From Marsupella aquatica (lineage: Eukaryota; Plantae; Marchantiophyta), in NCBI GenBank assembly GCA_973895155.1, contig OZ316891.1:15345037-15409036 (forward strand): a stretch of 64,000 nucleotides of DNA. Reading direction: 5' to 3'. The translations under genes and the position numbers were made by a program. How positions within the stretch are numbered: position 1 is the first letter of the stretch; each line of letters opens with the position of its first letter. The notes under the pieces are model-generated. The model searched no databases and was not told the origin of the DNA. It saw nothing but the letters and a program-made list of their open reading frames with translations. Positions 14,701 through 29,700 of the stretch are shown piece by piece.

Positions 14701-17700
14701 GAAGTGACATGGAATAAATCAGCCTCAGAATCGGCCTTATTAAAATAAAATGAAAGGAGTATTTTGCTGTGAGTTATTATGCATTTGCTTTCTCAGAAGG
14801 GGAGGGATCTTGAACAAATTCTGATAGGAAATTGCATACCAATTGATAGGAGTTGACTGCAAAGGCCGTGGAAAGTTATTGAGAAGTCCACTACGTTCAA
14901 ACTTACAGACACGTTCACCTGCAGGAGGGACATGGGGGGTGATGCTTACTTTGATGATATTGTTCACTTGATGGTAAGCCGTTTCTCTCCTAGAATTCAT
15001 TGCAGCAAGATAGTCCACATTAGTCAATAATTCAATATCTCACACTAACCTCGTCAGAGTAATTGAATCCTTGTTCGTACGCTAACAAGATACAGCCGCA
15101 GTGAAGCCCTTTATTCGATAAAATTTCTTGCTGGGTACAATCTGAACTGAAAGACTTCATATTGATCGATTTTCCATATCTTCTGAGAGAAATTAGCTGT
15201 TTTAGTAGGCCAGGAGGAGTCTCGTTCCCAATGTTTTCAACTATGAGAATTTGTCCAGTCATTGAGCAGGAATGGGCCTCCTCTAAAATCACGGATGAAT
15301 TTATGTCCACCGTTGAAATGTTGAGTGGGTCCTCAATACTGCAAATCCACTTGCTCACTTGTTTCTGGGGATCTAGTATGAGCAGTGGTCTGGAGCTATT
15401 GCTCACTATGATTGCATTCTCCATCGAGTGATCATCTGAAGGCAGGCCTGCTGCTGCCCATTCCTTAATGTCCTGGGGAGTAGTGTAAAATGTTACGAGG
15501 GAAAATCTGGTTGAGTATGGAAGTTCCATTTCTCGGAAGCTCTCCTGCCATTCAGTAGTAAATTTACGCCGTAAGGAGGCTGAAAATGATCCGAGGTAGG
15601 CAACAATGCCAGAAGCAAGGATTGTGTCTCCGACCACATTTTTTCTCCTGGCTTTCAGATCATTGACCTGTAAGCTCCATCGACAGCATTCTCCATCAAG
15701 GCGGCCTATCAGACGAATAGCCCTTTGTAATTTCACTTCTGAGTCGTCAGCTCTTCTAGCAAGTCCGTCCTTTGTAGAACTTGCATCATCGTACCTGTCA
15801 GTAGCAGTCCAGTTCTTTGTTTAGACTTTGTCAGCCTTCTCTTCATATTTCAATTAGACAATGGAACTTGAAGAAACTAACGCGCTACAGCTGTGATTTT
15901 CAATATGAATAACTACTGTAGATCCAAGGATTCAACGACTCAAGAACGTCTAGATAGGTGTCTTAAATTTGCGCCTGATCAATAAACTTAGTAGCCGCTC
16001 AAGTGTGAAAGTGATGAAAGTGATGAAAGGACAAGGAGTGAAAAAGACCTGGATCTAAGGTTCATGAGGTTTTGTTCGGCAATTGCTAGCCTGCGTCGTG
16101 CCTCCTCCAGTTTTTCCTTGCAGCTATCAAGATTGTGATTCGCAATCTTAAAGATAACAAAAGAGAGGAATTTTAATCGCAATATTATCCTCTCGTACAC
16201 CGAACACTATATCCTCTCAGATTCTAAACGATCCACGTAGGAAAATCCCTTTTCCATCCCTTTCTTTAAAGATAGAGCTAAGAAAAAGTTGTGTAAGACA
16301 TTAGCATGAGTGAAAATTCAGCAGAACGATGCTTGAAGGAACTGCCACTAAAACACTGCGAATAATTCAAAACTAGCATCACCCTTAAGCATGGAACTTC
16401 AAAAAGTGGACGAAAAATGCACTATCATCTTCTTACTTTCAGTCTCGCTATTCGTGGCTCCATTTTGACTGTCTTTGCATAGTGATAGTTGTACATTGCC
16501 CGGATCCAGACACATATAGATCTACACGCCACAGATATACGGCGGACTTTCTCAGGCTTGAACAACGGGTTTTCCATGTAAGGTTTCAGCTTCTCCATTG
16601 TGCAGTTCTCCATTGCGTCTTTGTTAAAGCTCAAAAGCATCTTAACAAAGTCCACCTGCGCACCCGCAGAAACTAAGCTCTCTAGGTTACAGCTCAATTA
16701 AAATTTAGCAGAACAAACAAACATCATGGGCTCACTGTTTCCCCTGATAAGACCACTGGAGATCCCAGATTTCATCCGGATAGGATTTTCTTTACACTGC
16801 TTCCACTCAATTCTGGTCTTTGTAAGTTTGTGCAGCCCTTTTCCGGAAGAAATTGATTATAACTCAATCGAATTTCATTCAATTTGTTGACATAATCCTC
16901 CAAGGAGATTTCACTACAGAGCAGGGAAGTTCATTGAGCTCAATTCGGTTTCAAAATACACCTACAAGACTATAACAGGTGAGTCCTGTTTTGGTCATAC
17001 ACACCTGTGATAGCAGCTCGCGCGCAATAGGCCAGTAACTGTTTGCACCTTCGTTCTTGGCAGCGGCGGACGAGGCTGTGTGTTTGACATGCTTTGGCTC
17101 CTTCTTAAGGATTATACAAAGTGCCTCTAGCACGGTTAGCAGTCGTGGAGGTGGTTGCGTAAATGATTTCAGTTCAGAAATGTCCTTTTTATTCAGTTGA
17201 CTGAGTTGTTTGATAGCAACTAGCACCTGCAGTAAACATATTGCAGGCCAATATCGAATTAACAGAATCCTTGCATTTTTGAGGAAATTGGTTGTGCTTT
17301 TTAATAAACCGACAGCCTAGATCTTCAAATCTTGAATCCCCTATTTCTGTGACAAGGACATTTAAATAAATGGCGTGAGGGTTACAAGCCTGTACATACT
17401 CAAGAGCGCTGAAGTTGGCAATATTTAGGATCATTCCAGAATGACCAATGTTCCATCACTTAACACATGAAGATAACGAAGCTCACCTCGGGCGCAACCT
17501 CCTGAACCTGATCTTGAGCTTCTTGAGCCAACTTCTTGCAAGCTTCGGCTTCTTCTGCTGCTAGTTTTTCATCATGTGCCACTTCCTCCAGTGCTTTGTC
17601 CAGTTGCGCTTCTTCGTCTGATATGGATAAGAGCAGATGATCCATATGACTGTTGGTTGAGTCCTTGCGTCTCAGCAACTCCTGAAGTTCATGCTGCATG

Positions 17701-20700
17701 TTTTCCACTAAGATTCGGGTCGACTGAAGCTTCTGGAGACCTGTCTCTAGTCGATGGAGATTTCTGTCTACCTCCCTCCCTTTCGTTTCCGACATTCTTC
17801 CAAAAATATACAACATTTCATGATAGCTTGGCATTCCCACCAATCTCCAGGATCCTTTCTGCACCGTCCAAGGTGATCAGCCCCAGAAAGCTTTCCTACG
17901 AAACTTCATTCGGTTCATTAGCAGCAACCTTTCCAGGTCTACCAAGACATTGGTATGTTTCTACGAGAGTACTCTGTTAGTACTGGTCACGTCATGAACG
18001 GTCAAGACAAGGAGTGTGGATAATGCATTCTATAAGCAATCTGCACACTCTATTTTGGATTTGAAGAAGGAAGAACGTTTGAATTTTTTGTGCTGTACAT
18101 TTGGAGATTGAATTGTTCGAATTAGAGACATCCTGGAAGCAGAAACAACCATGCAATACAATGCAATCAAGATTCCAAAATAATAGATCCTCGTTATGAC
18201 ATACGAGAAATTTGCTTACCGATGGTAAACCAGCAGTAAGTCTATTGCTGATTGTGTGGATCATCGAGCAAGATTTGGTCAAGAGGTCCATATCTACTGA
18301 TGATAGATTTCTGACTGGCTCATACTTAGCCAGGGTAACCTTGGCCACTGCTTGAAGTGCCGCAGGGGTCCATTTGTCATAGTAATCAACTATGAAATGT
18401 TGAGAAATAAGTGTAGAGGCGACAGAACCACTAGTCATCGCGTCTTTGTATGTCGCATTCTCGGCACATATCACCTGCCATCAGATCAACTACATCTGAG
18501 CATAGATGCGAACAACCTATATATTTCTAGAGAATCTCTTGAAGTCAAATTTAAATCAGAGTATTCCACACATTAGAAACGTTGAGTCTTAGTGTTGACA
18601 CAATCTAAAAGTAGCGGTTAGTCTTATAAATATAATTAACACTTCGTATAAGCAATAAAATGAGAAGATTCCCTAGTCTTGTACTTTGTTCCTGTTTATC
18701 ATCAAGATGTCCACGTCAAGATTTGTAGAGAAGCATGTATAAGACTATTAGGTAAATAAAGATTCAAAGAACAAGTTAACAATGGCTCACAAGGTGAAGA
18801 GTTTCTTTCAGGCGATTCACAAAGCAATTGTTGAGAAACTGCTCCCGGTCACTGCCCACACTCGATTCAGGATATAACGCATTTGCCTCCTCGATTCGAT
18901 GGAGCTCTTGTTGAATATAATACTTTTCATCTTCTCCAAGAAGATTTGTGGCCTGCATCCAATATATTGCAATTGTTTATAATGAGGAAACTTATGAAAT
19001 CAAGCCTAGACTTGAGAACTTCAGATTTATCCACCTCTAAGTCGTGCTGGTGGAATTTGAAACGCGGAGTGTCTTCATGCACGTCATAACTGTTATTGAA
19101 TAAAAATGAACACGCTTTTCTTTAAATGATAACTCGAAAATTGAGTAGTGTCGTTTGAGATGAGCAACCTCCCCGCAGTGAACGATTAAATTAAGGTCTT
19201 CCATGATCTGCTTTTGTATGCTGCAGTCTGTTTCTATAATAATCAGGAACACTGTAGGCTTCGCTCGAAGACTGCAAGTCTTTAGCAGGTTTCCCATATC
19301 AGAAGTCCACTGCTCACTTGTGTAATTGCCATTCACTTGAATCTGATAGGATAGTAATCATCACCTACCGATTCAGCTTCTTGATTACAAAATCTTGATG
19401 TAGCAATGGTATCACTAATCCAAATTTTTACTGCAATTGCTGTAAAACCTGAAAGTGCGAGTAAAATGCTCACATCATAGCATTCCGCCAGGCAGTCGAT
19501 GAAAATCGATAGTTGAGTACGAAGAGTTAATCCAAGAATTCACCTTTATAAGGGTAATCACACACAGGAGTTGGAAAAAACGCACCTCAAAGACAGTGTA
19601 ACCAATAATGTAGGAAGCTAGTCGCGCGAGCGAGCGCCTACCACTCCCAGAGTAGCCTAGAAGCAATGCATGCCCCTCGGCTATCCTAAGAATATTCAGT
19701 AATCTGGAAAGATGGCTCACTGCTCCAGGAAACAGCACAATGGGAGTTTGAGAGGCCCCTTCAGCTGTGTAGCTTGCCAAAAACTGTTGCACACTTTGTT
19801 CCCAATCCTTTCTGCAGATAACTTCTTCATAACGAGACCAGGACTGAGCGATTCCTCCTCTCACATCACGAAAATAATTGCCAAAGATGGGCTGCTGCTC
19901 TTCATCTATGAGAGATTCCACATATTGTCTATGTTCATCAGTTTTCAGGTTGAAAACTTCTTCAGTTGTTGCAAGTAGTGCCGATACTACATGTTTTCTC
20001 TCACTCTCACTTTTAAGCCGATCACAAGACACTCTGCAGAACTCATAGGACCAGAGATTAAAGAATTTCTGCAGAGATGCAGTGGTCTGATCACAACCCA
20101 ACAACAACCGTTTTCGGACATGAAAAAGGTCATGAAGACTAATAAGGGATGGTAAATCATCACTTGAAGATTTCCCCTTGACCTTTAAACGAGTATAAAC
20201 TTCAACGCATGCTTGAGAGACAATTGCAAGCATTCTGGTGATGTGCACGCTGCGATCAAGCTCATTCGTATAGGTTTTGAGACCTGCTAAGAATATTGAC
20301 TGAAGAGATGAAGACCTGTAGTCAGGACTTTGAATCAGAAAGTAATGCCTGCAAAGTCTTCTTAACGGAGAACTTATGCTGGGACTCAGCTTAGTCATTG
20401 CAGCCAAATGTACTAGGCCATCTACTGTTGTAAATGATGCATCCATTGGTACACCGTACCACCCATTATGCTCAACAAGAAACCTTAGAAATTGTATTGC
20501 TGGAGCGTCTTTCCTTGCGTGAAGTTGTGCATTGTGAACATCATCCACGAAGACGACCATCTTCCCATTTATTGAAGGAACGAGGCTCCTCCTCTTCCAA
20601 ATTGTTAGTTTTGGCCGCAAAGAGTCATGCAAAGTCGACCCACAACTAGTGCTGTTCAAGGTCACGCCAACCACTTGGCATTTGGCAGTTGTGGCATGTT

Positions 20701-23700
20701 GATGCAGAAGTTGGGCAGCCACTACGGTTTTACCCGTACCTGGTGCACCAGCTAGAAGAACTGGTCTTCCAAATTTGGACAAAGCGAGCGCCAAAAACTC
20801 CACTCTCAGTGTCTCAACTGTTGGAACAAAGAAGGCACCTTGTTCTAAACTCAAACTCAAATGAGAACCATTCCCAATGCTGTGAGTCCAGAGAGATATA
20901 TTAGTGCAAGTCGTTGACAGATACTGAGTTTGGGTGAGGAGTTCTTCCCAATTCTTCCAGGTTTGCACCTCCATATCATAATAATAATCATAAATGGAAC
21001 CTTCAGGAAGTGGTCCAAGTTTTTCACCGTTAAGAACGGCAACTTCTCTCAGAACTGTTTCAAATTGCTCACTTTCTGTGTGGCTGAGATGGCCACCAAT
21101 AGACCAGGCAAGTCCGAACAAAACTAAGGAGCTCAGAATCGATTTACAAGAAGGTATGTGCCGAGTCTGTACAAAATTGGTATCGCCTGCCGAGAACTTG
21201 ATTTTATCATGCTCATAGTCCAAGTTTCCTGTCTTCTCAATCCCGTCGTTTATTTGCTCTTCTTGGGTAGCTTGTGAGGCACATGTAAGAAGTCGATGAT
21301 GATGCAATCGTCGCCAATTCACAGCATCACGAACTTCCTTCTGCCTTTGTTTTATGTAATGCTTCACTCTGCCCAGTTTCTCGATTGAGGACCTGGCAGA
21401 AACCTCTTCGGTATCAACATCAGACTTCATCTTACTTCGGGTACTTCGAAAGCCACAGACCTCCAAAATTGGTTGCGTCTCTTTTACCCCTTGGGAATGA
21501 TCACACCAGATTCCGGCCAGTTTCAAACATGCTTCAAGGAAATATAGGAGATTACTGACTAGTCCTACATGACCAACAGGAAGCTGAGGACATCTCATGG
21601 CGACTTCTAAGCATGGCATCAGAAGCTTCTCAAAAAGCTCCTGCAAGATAGCTTGGAACTCCGATGCGGGGCAACGCTGGAGCCATGATGACACAACACG
21701 TTTCCAACTCTGGTCTTCAGAATCCATGAGAATAATGCCACACCGAGACACTGTCCCTGGAGACACGCTCTTCAAATTCTCCACCTCAAACAACATGCTG
21801 AAGGAATCTATAGACGGCAACAGTATACGTTTACCATTGTTTAGACAGAGGAGGCCAGTATCATCGAGCATGGTACTGACAAGTTCCAACCAGATTGAGT
21901 CCATGAACCCGTCAAGGACCATCCACATCTTCCCTCCGTTTTCCACCCTTGCCTCACATTCATGGAGGATGTTTGGCATAATTCCATCTTGCCAGGTCTG
22001 AGTCTTTGGGTTGGTGCAACCAAACAAATGAGTTGTTGAAACAGCACTGGGATTGACAACTCGAAAGGTTACTAGTGGATGAGTTTGATCTTGCCTACCT
22101 TCAGGAGTGGTGGCGACTTCGCCAGGTTTATTGTTCATAAGGTTGATCGCATCTGAAAGGGTAGAATAGCACTGAGTCTTACCTGTACCTGGACCACCCA
22201 CGATTAAAACTCCTCGATGCACTTTCATTGCCCCGTGAAGTTGCAGGCATTTCTGAATGAATGGTTCGTGAGAAATCAAACTACGCCTAGTTAGGCTGAA
22301 GTTTATGGACAATTCTAATTCTCTTTGGCTCGGAGGAGGCACCCTCAAATCAGGAAAAAGGTCATCGAGCAGATTCGAGAAAAGGAGGAATCCATCCCCT
22401 ACTAAGCGAGGTAAGCAATATTGCTGCAGGGTTTTGCACAGAATCATGTCCCCATGTGTATCATCAGCCCCCTCATTAGATTTCATCTCTGGAGCAGAGT
22501 TCAGAACACTCATCCACTTTATAACTGCCCGCATAGCTCTTAGTCCAAAGTCGCAATAGTTGTCTTTAAAGCTTAGTTGCTCACCAGCCATTTTGAAACA
22601 CAAAGTCAACTTGTGAGCAACATTGAGTGGGTCAGAAAATCCTTCAGCTGTCAGAAGAACTTGCACGATAACTTTACAGTCAGGCATCATCATCGTTACT
22701 GACCGAAACGATGAACGAGTATTCCTTACATAGTCACTGCCTGCAGTCAATTTAGGTTTTGTGGTTGCGCAGATAGCAAAGCTAGGATTTAGTTGCAAGC
22801 CAAATCCGTCAAAGTTATATCTTTGTGCCTTTGTAGCAACTGCATGCTTTATAGAGAGAACCTGTTGAATTAAAACCGACACAACCTCGGCCCTTAGGCA
22901 TTCAAATTCATTCAGGCACAGCCAAAGTCCTCCACTTGCCATTCCCTGAATATGGAAAATCCCAAGGTCAGCACAATGTTACCATGCTGTTTCGCAACCT
23001 TCGACAGAATGCTATTACCATTAAAGAGCAATACGTTTTGTAGAGAATTGCACTACATTACGGTCTACTTTCAGATCATAATGTTGTCTTTCGTGAGTGC
23101 AGGAAGCTAACATGAGTTTCTATTTGAGAGTTCAAAACATTCTGAGAAAAGATGATTTTGGTGAAAAGAGCAATTGAACTAATTGCAGAAGCCTTTCATT
23201 TGCACCTTGAGGACATTCCCAATGCTCTGATGATCAAACTCCTCTGAGCAACTCATGACTATACAATGCTTTCCCACCGCCTTTGCACAGTCTTTTATAG
23301 ATTCTGTCTTTCCAACTCCAGCTGCTCCTGTAACCATTCCTCCAAAACCGAGGGAGAAAGCATACAGCAGCCCAAGAAAGCATTTTTCTGTAAGAGAAGT
23401 CATTACAAGCCTGTTCTGATAGTTAATAAGTTCACATCCATACGTGCGATCCATACTCATGATACACACATGGAAATCCCCATTTGAGTGCCAGTAGTAA
23501 CGCATGGTTCGCTGCCACTCAAATGAATCGACTCCTATCCAACTGCCAGTAATGAGATTGTTCATAACCTCACGAAAATAAATAAGCAGTACAACAAGAC
23601 TTTTATAAGTTCCCTTTTTGTCTGGTGATAGACATGCTTTGATTTGTGCCAGACACTCGTGAACTTCTTGAGTTAGATTCTGTGACAGCAGCTGTAATTC

Positions 23701-26700
23701 TTTCATTACATTCACTTTTCTGACCAATATTCTTTCCACTTGAGTGGAGAATGCCACGTTTGCGGCAACTAGAAGTACTTGACAAACGGAGCTGCATACA
23801 GAACCACTCCACGAACATAGCATCTTGCTGTGATCAGTTTGAACGGGTTTCCCAAAACGAGTAATCAGTTGTAGAGTTGGGGGCTTTGATAGTATTTGAG
23901 ATTTTTTTGAGTTGCTAACTGATAGTGGATTATCAGGCTTCTCTCCTGAGGCACATGAGCTTTTACATATCTGGAGCTCTTGAAGCCTTCCCAGAATAGC
24001 ATGCATTACCGTGTGTTTCATCTCTTTCTCCACGGCAGCCATCCACTCCTCAACTGGCTCACTAGATGTTCGTACGGGTATAAGGAAAGGCAAACACTCT
24101 GCCCTGTTGATCCACATACCAGTGACTTGTGCTTCACTTGAGAATTCTATTGAGTACAGGTCACAAAAGCACTTGCAAAGATAGTACTGTATCTGATTTG
24201 GATTTTGCTCCTGAGATAAAATCTGCAAGTAACATATGACGGCTACCTGAGAAACTGTAATTCAAGACGGGCAATAAGACTTGCTCTGTTCTCCGTGGTG
24301 AGTAGTATTCATTCATCTTTAACAAAATCCAGTCACGACAATAATAAATTTACCTGTAAAAGCTCATCATTTGACAAAAAGAAAAATCTTGGGAATGTCG
24401 TCCTTTTCCTCTCAAGTAGGTTGATCAGGCTGCACATTACTCCTTCCATCGTCTCAATAGACTGAGGAATGTCATCAAAGATTATGCTCGATTCACACAG
24501 GTGCATGAAACACCTTCTCTGGACAATGGTGTCAAGCACTTTCTTCCAAAGAATATCGATTTTCACAAACTTCCCTGACTCATCCAAAAGCTGCTGTCGT
24601 ATGTTGACTGACTGGAAGATAGGCCAGAGAATCTGCAATGAATCAAGTCACAAAAATTTATTGGTAGCATTGTTTATGCTATTCTTCCTCATCTATGAAG
24701 CTCATAGATGGAGCAATAAATAAACAAAGCAAAAGCAAATGAAGTGACGCCTCTGATTCTATTTTATCATAGATGAGTCTTCCTCAAACTTTGTAGCACT
24801 CCAGTCAATGCTTTGCAACACTGAATGTAAATTCTTCGGACATAATCCTTGAAAAGTAATCACACCTTAAACCACTTCTGAAAGTTTAGAAGTCCTTCAA
24901 GCAGATGCAGCAGTAAGTGCAACTTGTCTTCCCAAGCTCGAACGGGACCTTCTAGAGCTTTGGCAAAAGGACTATGCAGCATACATCCCGCTGCAACAAG
25001 TTGGTCATCAAGTAAGTCCAAAACTACCTCACTACCTTGTATCATCTGTCTGCCACCGTTCTCATTGTAAGGGCTCACCTCTAGCACAGCCCTTCTCATC
25101 TCTTCCTCCATTTTCTCCAGACACACCTGGAGTTATAAGAAACGCCAATAAGAGGTTTTGCAACCACGTAACCCTAAGACGATTGCAACAGCATTCATGG
25201 ATAGCCGATGTTACATACGTCTTAATTTCATTGTCTTTAAATACCGATTGTTGCCGAGACCCACTTGCTCAATTCGACCTTCTTTTGAAACTATTGCAAA
25301 GAAACCGTGTCTGGTGAATTCTATTGTGCATCTAGGAAAACTTCGTGCGTCTATCACATCCGTTTCCTTTCAAAGACCAGACCTCTTGATTGTACTCTTC
25401 AGCAGCTCTTTCAAGGACTGTCCATATAATTTCTTGCTGTGAAAATAAAACAGGCAGCTCCAGGACAGATCTCAAAGTCAATCCTTCTGCACCATCATGA
25501 AAAGCCCAGCATCCAGTCCTTGATGCCAGTTCAATCCAATGAATTCTACGCACTCCAGGATGGCGGAGTCTCAGCAAAAGAGGTAGTCTTGTCAGCATCT
25601 CATTCACCTGCAATTTATGCTCCATCAGTACGACAAAAGGGCCAGATGGTATGGAACTCGGGAGGAAACAACTGTGAGCACTGAAATACAAGCGAAGGTA
25701 TTCCCAATGCAATTTGATTACCTTTTGAAACCATTATCACAGAGCGGGATACCAAAATCAATCACTGTTGATGACCCAGTGCCAAAAGAACCTATGAGTA
25801 AGAGGTGTCGAAGTGAAAACACAAGGACTTCAATCCACCAGAATCATTGTTTTGAATAAGGGGTGCGTAAGATTATCCATCTAACTGTTGTGCTGGTCCC
25901 TAGAAGATTATAAATAAGACTCGATTGAAACTACTGAATTTCGTCCTGCTCTGTTAGTGCACCTCGTCCGCCACAGCGAAAAGGGCGTCTTGACTTGCAC
26001 TGGAGGAGGTACTATTTTGAACCAGGTTTGTTAATTTATCTCCAAAATCTTGCACCTGAAATAAGTAATACAGAGAACATGGGGTTATAATGAGAGGCAT
26101 CTATTGTCAAATTGCTTACTCATACAAGGAAGGCGAGACCTGAAATTATGGACAAGAAAGGATGATCTGGCCAAAAACAATCAAGAGTCGAGATTCACAC
26201 TGTCAAGCGTCAGCTGTTTTTTTGCAGTGTGCTAGTTCCAACCCATTTTTTGAGTTTTCAAACCAGCTGAATGGAAGATCTAAAACGTCATCTTGATGGA
26301 AGCATAGATCAGATTGAGTACCTCTTGTGAGTGTACAACTTACGGTACCTATATCTTGTACTACAGTATCTTGCCTGGAGTTGCTCATAGCTCGGGTAAG
26401 TTTTAAGTTCCATTTCGGCTAAGGCTTACTTTAGTTTGTGCCCTGACCATGTTGGTGTGGGTGGCTCGTCCATTAGTGAGTGCTACATTCCATTCGTAGC
26501 AGCGTACTGCTACAGCAGCATAGGAATGCTACAATGAATATGATCTGCCTAGGCATAGGCTTATTTCGTTTGTTGAGCATCCCTCAACGGTGCTGACAGT
26601 TGTTGCTTAGACATTCAACCTTTAGTAACGTTTATTGCTAAGTTCCCGAAAGGCAACAACCTGCTTTGATCCGTCAGGGACAATGATAAGGGGCGTCCTG

Positions 26701-29700
26701 CATTCCCCGATGTTGAAGGTAAACCTGTCACAGCGTATTGCAATGATAGCACTATGCCAATTCTGGAAGTCATATGTTCACAAACTTGACTACACATGTC
26801 TGGGTGCTGTACTTCGGACCCATGTATAGAAATGCTCAACGATCTAGGGAATTTACCATCTTAAACATGTAGTCCACATTGAGCTTTTGAAAGATTTGAA
26901 GCATCCAAAATTCTTTGTCCCTGTTCCAGTTTGCAACTGTCGACCAAAGAGATGTCAAGTATTCCATATTAGAAATAGCAGGAGCAAGAAGATGTCTGCA
27001 CTCCCGATTCTCATAAATCTCCAAAAGTTTTTCTTTACTTGCAAGAGATTCGACTTCAGCACTCATACTATGCAAAGCCTCTAGCTTTCTTTGCACAAGA
27101 ACCTCATTTTCGAAAGCTTCCCTTGGAACCTTCAGTGCTGCTATATCTCTAATAGAAGCCACAAGCTCAGTAGCCCGTCTAAGCTTCGACGCCTGCAAGG
27201 AGCAATTACTCTTCCGTCACTCAACTTACAAAAACACTTTTTGAGCCAGGGGCAGGATTGCTGGACTGACCTTGAGACACAACGCATTGTAAAGTTGCCC
27301 ATTACCTAAAACTTCATGGTGATTTAATATCAGACTAGGCTTCCGGTTGTACATATGTCTAGTAATCAAAGAATCTCTAACAATCTTGCACGGTCTAAAG
27401 CCCTCGGAAGGTCAGGAAACGAGCACGGAAGGTCCAGATATCATCGTTCATCGTTATTTCAGATACTTTTGTGCATTGTGATATACCTGTTCAGCACGAA
27501 TGCTGGCCATTACAAGGGACCTCGCACTCATCAAGAACTTGTCCTTTGAGCTCACCACAACGAACATATTCTGAATCCTTGCGTAGAGCGACCAGTATGC
27601 ATGCACATCATCATCGGATACATCCAGGCACAACTTCTCTAGTGCTGAGTGGCATGCATGTAGCGAGTCAATTCCTCTAGTCAAAGGATGTGGATCAACT
27701 TCATAGCTTTTGATAACAGCTTGAACTTCCGCAAAACTCTCTGGACTTACAGAAGACAGCGAAATACCAAGAATTCTCTCATCAACGTCTAGCTTCTCGT
27801 TTACATGCCTGATAGTTTCCCTTAAACCCCCCAGTAAGATGTTTGCAGCCTTTTGCTTGCTGTCATAGCCAATACAAGTTGTGCGCAATATCATCTCATC
27901 ACAATCCAATTTAAAGAGAACGCCAAAAACTTGGCCATGGGCTGCTGTCAGTGCAGACAGCAACTTTTCCTGCTTCTTTGATACAACCTGTACTGTACAC
28001 ACTAAGTCTTCAAAATTTCTAGAACTGGATAAGCAATGTTCTGCAGCCTTGGATGCCTCTATTTTCTCTGAATCACAGGAGAATTCCACGACTTCAGCGG
28101 AGCAATTTAGCCTCCCTGGACGCACGTATCCTTGAAAGCTCGAAGCTACCTTCCTAGCTTTTAAATCAAGTTCATGCTTGACAATTATGAAATCTGTCCA
28201 TAAATCTGCTAGTGTAGCTTGCAAGGCATCCAATGCTTTGGTGCCATACGATAGTGCCTCAGCTACACGATGGCGGCAAATAGGTAGAGCTTCATCCGCT
28301 GCATTGAGTAGAACATCACGTTGAACCTGCATGGATAGCCCAAATAGAATCTTCAGACATATTACTGCAATGCTCTCTGGATACAATTAATAGATTTAGC
28401 ACTGCACTGTGTGGATGCACTTGTATCCCGTCAAAAATGCACAACAACTCAAATCATGGTCATCTGATAACCAAAAACTACAAAATGGACTGGTGTTGGG
28501 GCGCAGTTCCCAAGTGAATTGGAAGGAAAGAACCTTGCTATGCGCCAGATCTTTGGTATCCATGAATGGTAGAGAAAGCAGGGCTTCCAAAACGTCATCC
28601 AACTATGGTAACCAAAACATTACACATGGGAGACAAGTCAACGGGTCTCGTCAATTTCGATTCATTTGTGACAGTTATGTATGCTTGGTAATAAAATAAA
28701 TCAATGTTGACATCTGCCGATCCCTTGCAAGGACGAGGGACAAAACGCAAGGAGTGATTGGTATGTTGGAAGTGAGATTCAGAGAGGTTTGACTTTGCGC
28801 TCATGCTGTGCAAGGAATTTCTACACAGAAAGGTAAGCAGCACTATAACGGTTGATAAAAAATGCATACCAGTTTCCCTGAAAAGACGTCCAGCTTTGAG
28901 AGTGGAGTTCGATAGCCAAGCTTATTTTCTGCAGAGATGGATAGCTTAATGAGAAATAACGGCCTGAACCGAAAGGGACTATATTCGGGCTTGACCATCA
29001 ACTTCGGCTCTTCTTCAAATCGTGCAGCATACATGTCAAGGGTTCCTTTTAAAGCCTTTGCCAAAGCAGTCTCAGTTAAAATGTTTGCCCATCTGCATAA
29101 TAGATTGGAGCAAGTGTCATGATCCTGATACCGCATGAACAACTCAGCACGCAAAAGAAAACCTCATTAGATGAAGCCATCCTTAAATTAGAACGCGTAA
29201 AATTAAAGTTGTGTGAATGAATGGACCATGAGATCAGAACTCTACAAAAGTGGTAGAGTGGCATGAATGAGTAAATGAATCCAAAGATCAATTTAAATTC
29301 TTCAATACAATTGCTATAGCAAGACTTCACTGCATGCACATAGCATGGGGTCACTACCTTGCAATTCGTATGTACAAATTCGACCCATTCTCCGTGCTTA
29401 ATCCCTATCACCACAACAGTGTGAGAATTTAGAGTCCTCACCAAGTTGTTTTGATCTTCAGCGAGTATCAAAAACGAAACAAAAAAGAGAAGTCTCTTTA
29501 CTTTCATTGTAACTGCAGTTGTAGGAGAACATCCACACACCATAACTAACCATGTCTCGCACCAAGGCTGTGTTCAAAGCATCCTTCGAATCAGCCAGCA
29601 CCCTGTTCTTTACGTATTCTGTGCTTTCACCAATAGTCTCACTCTGGACAAGAATTCACATTAGCACGAATACCAGAGTAGCTTGTAACTATTGTTCAAA

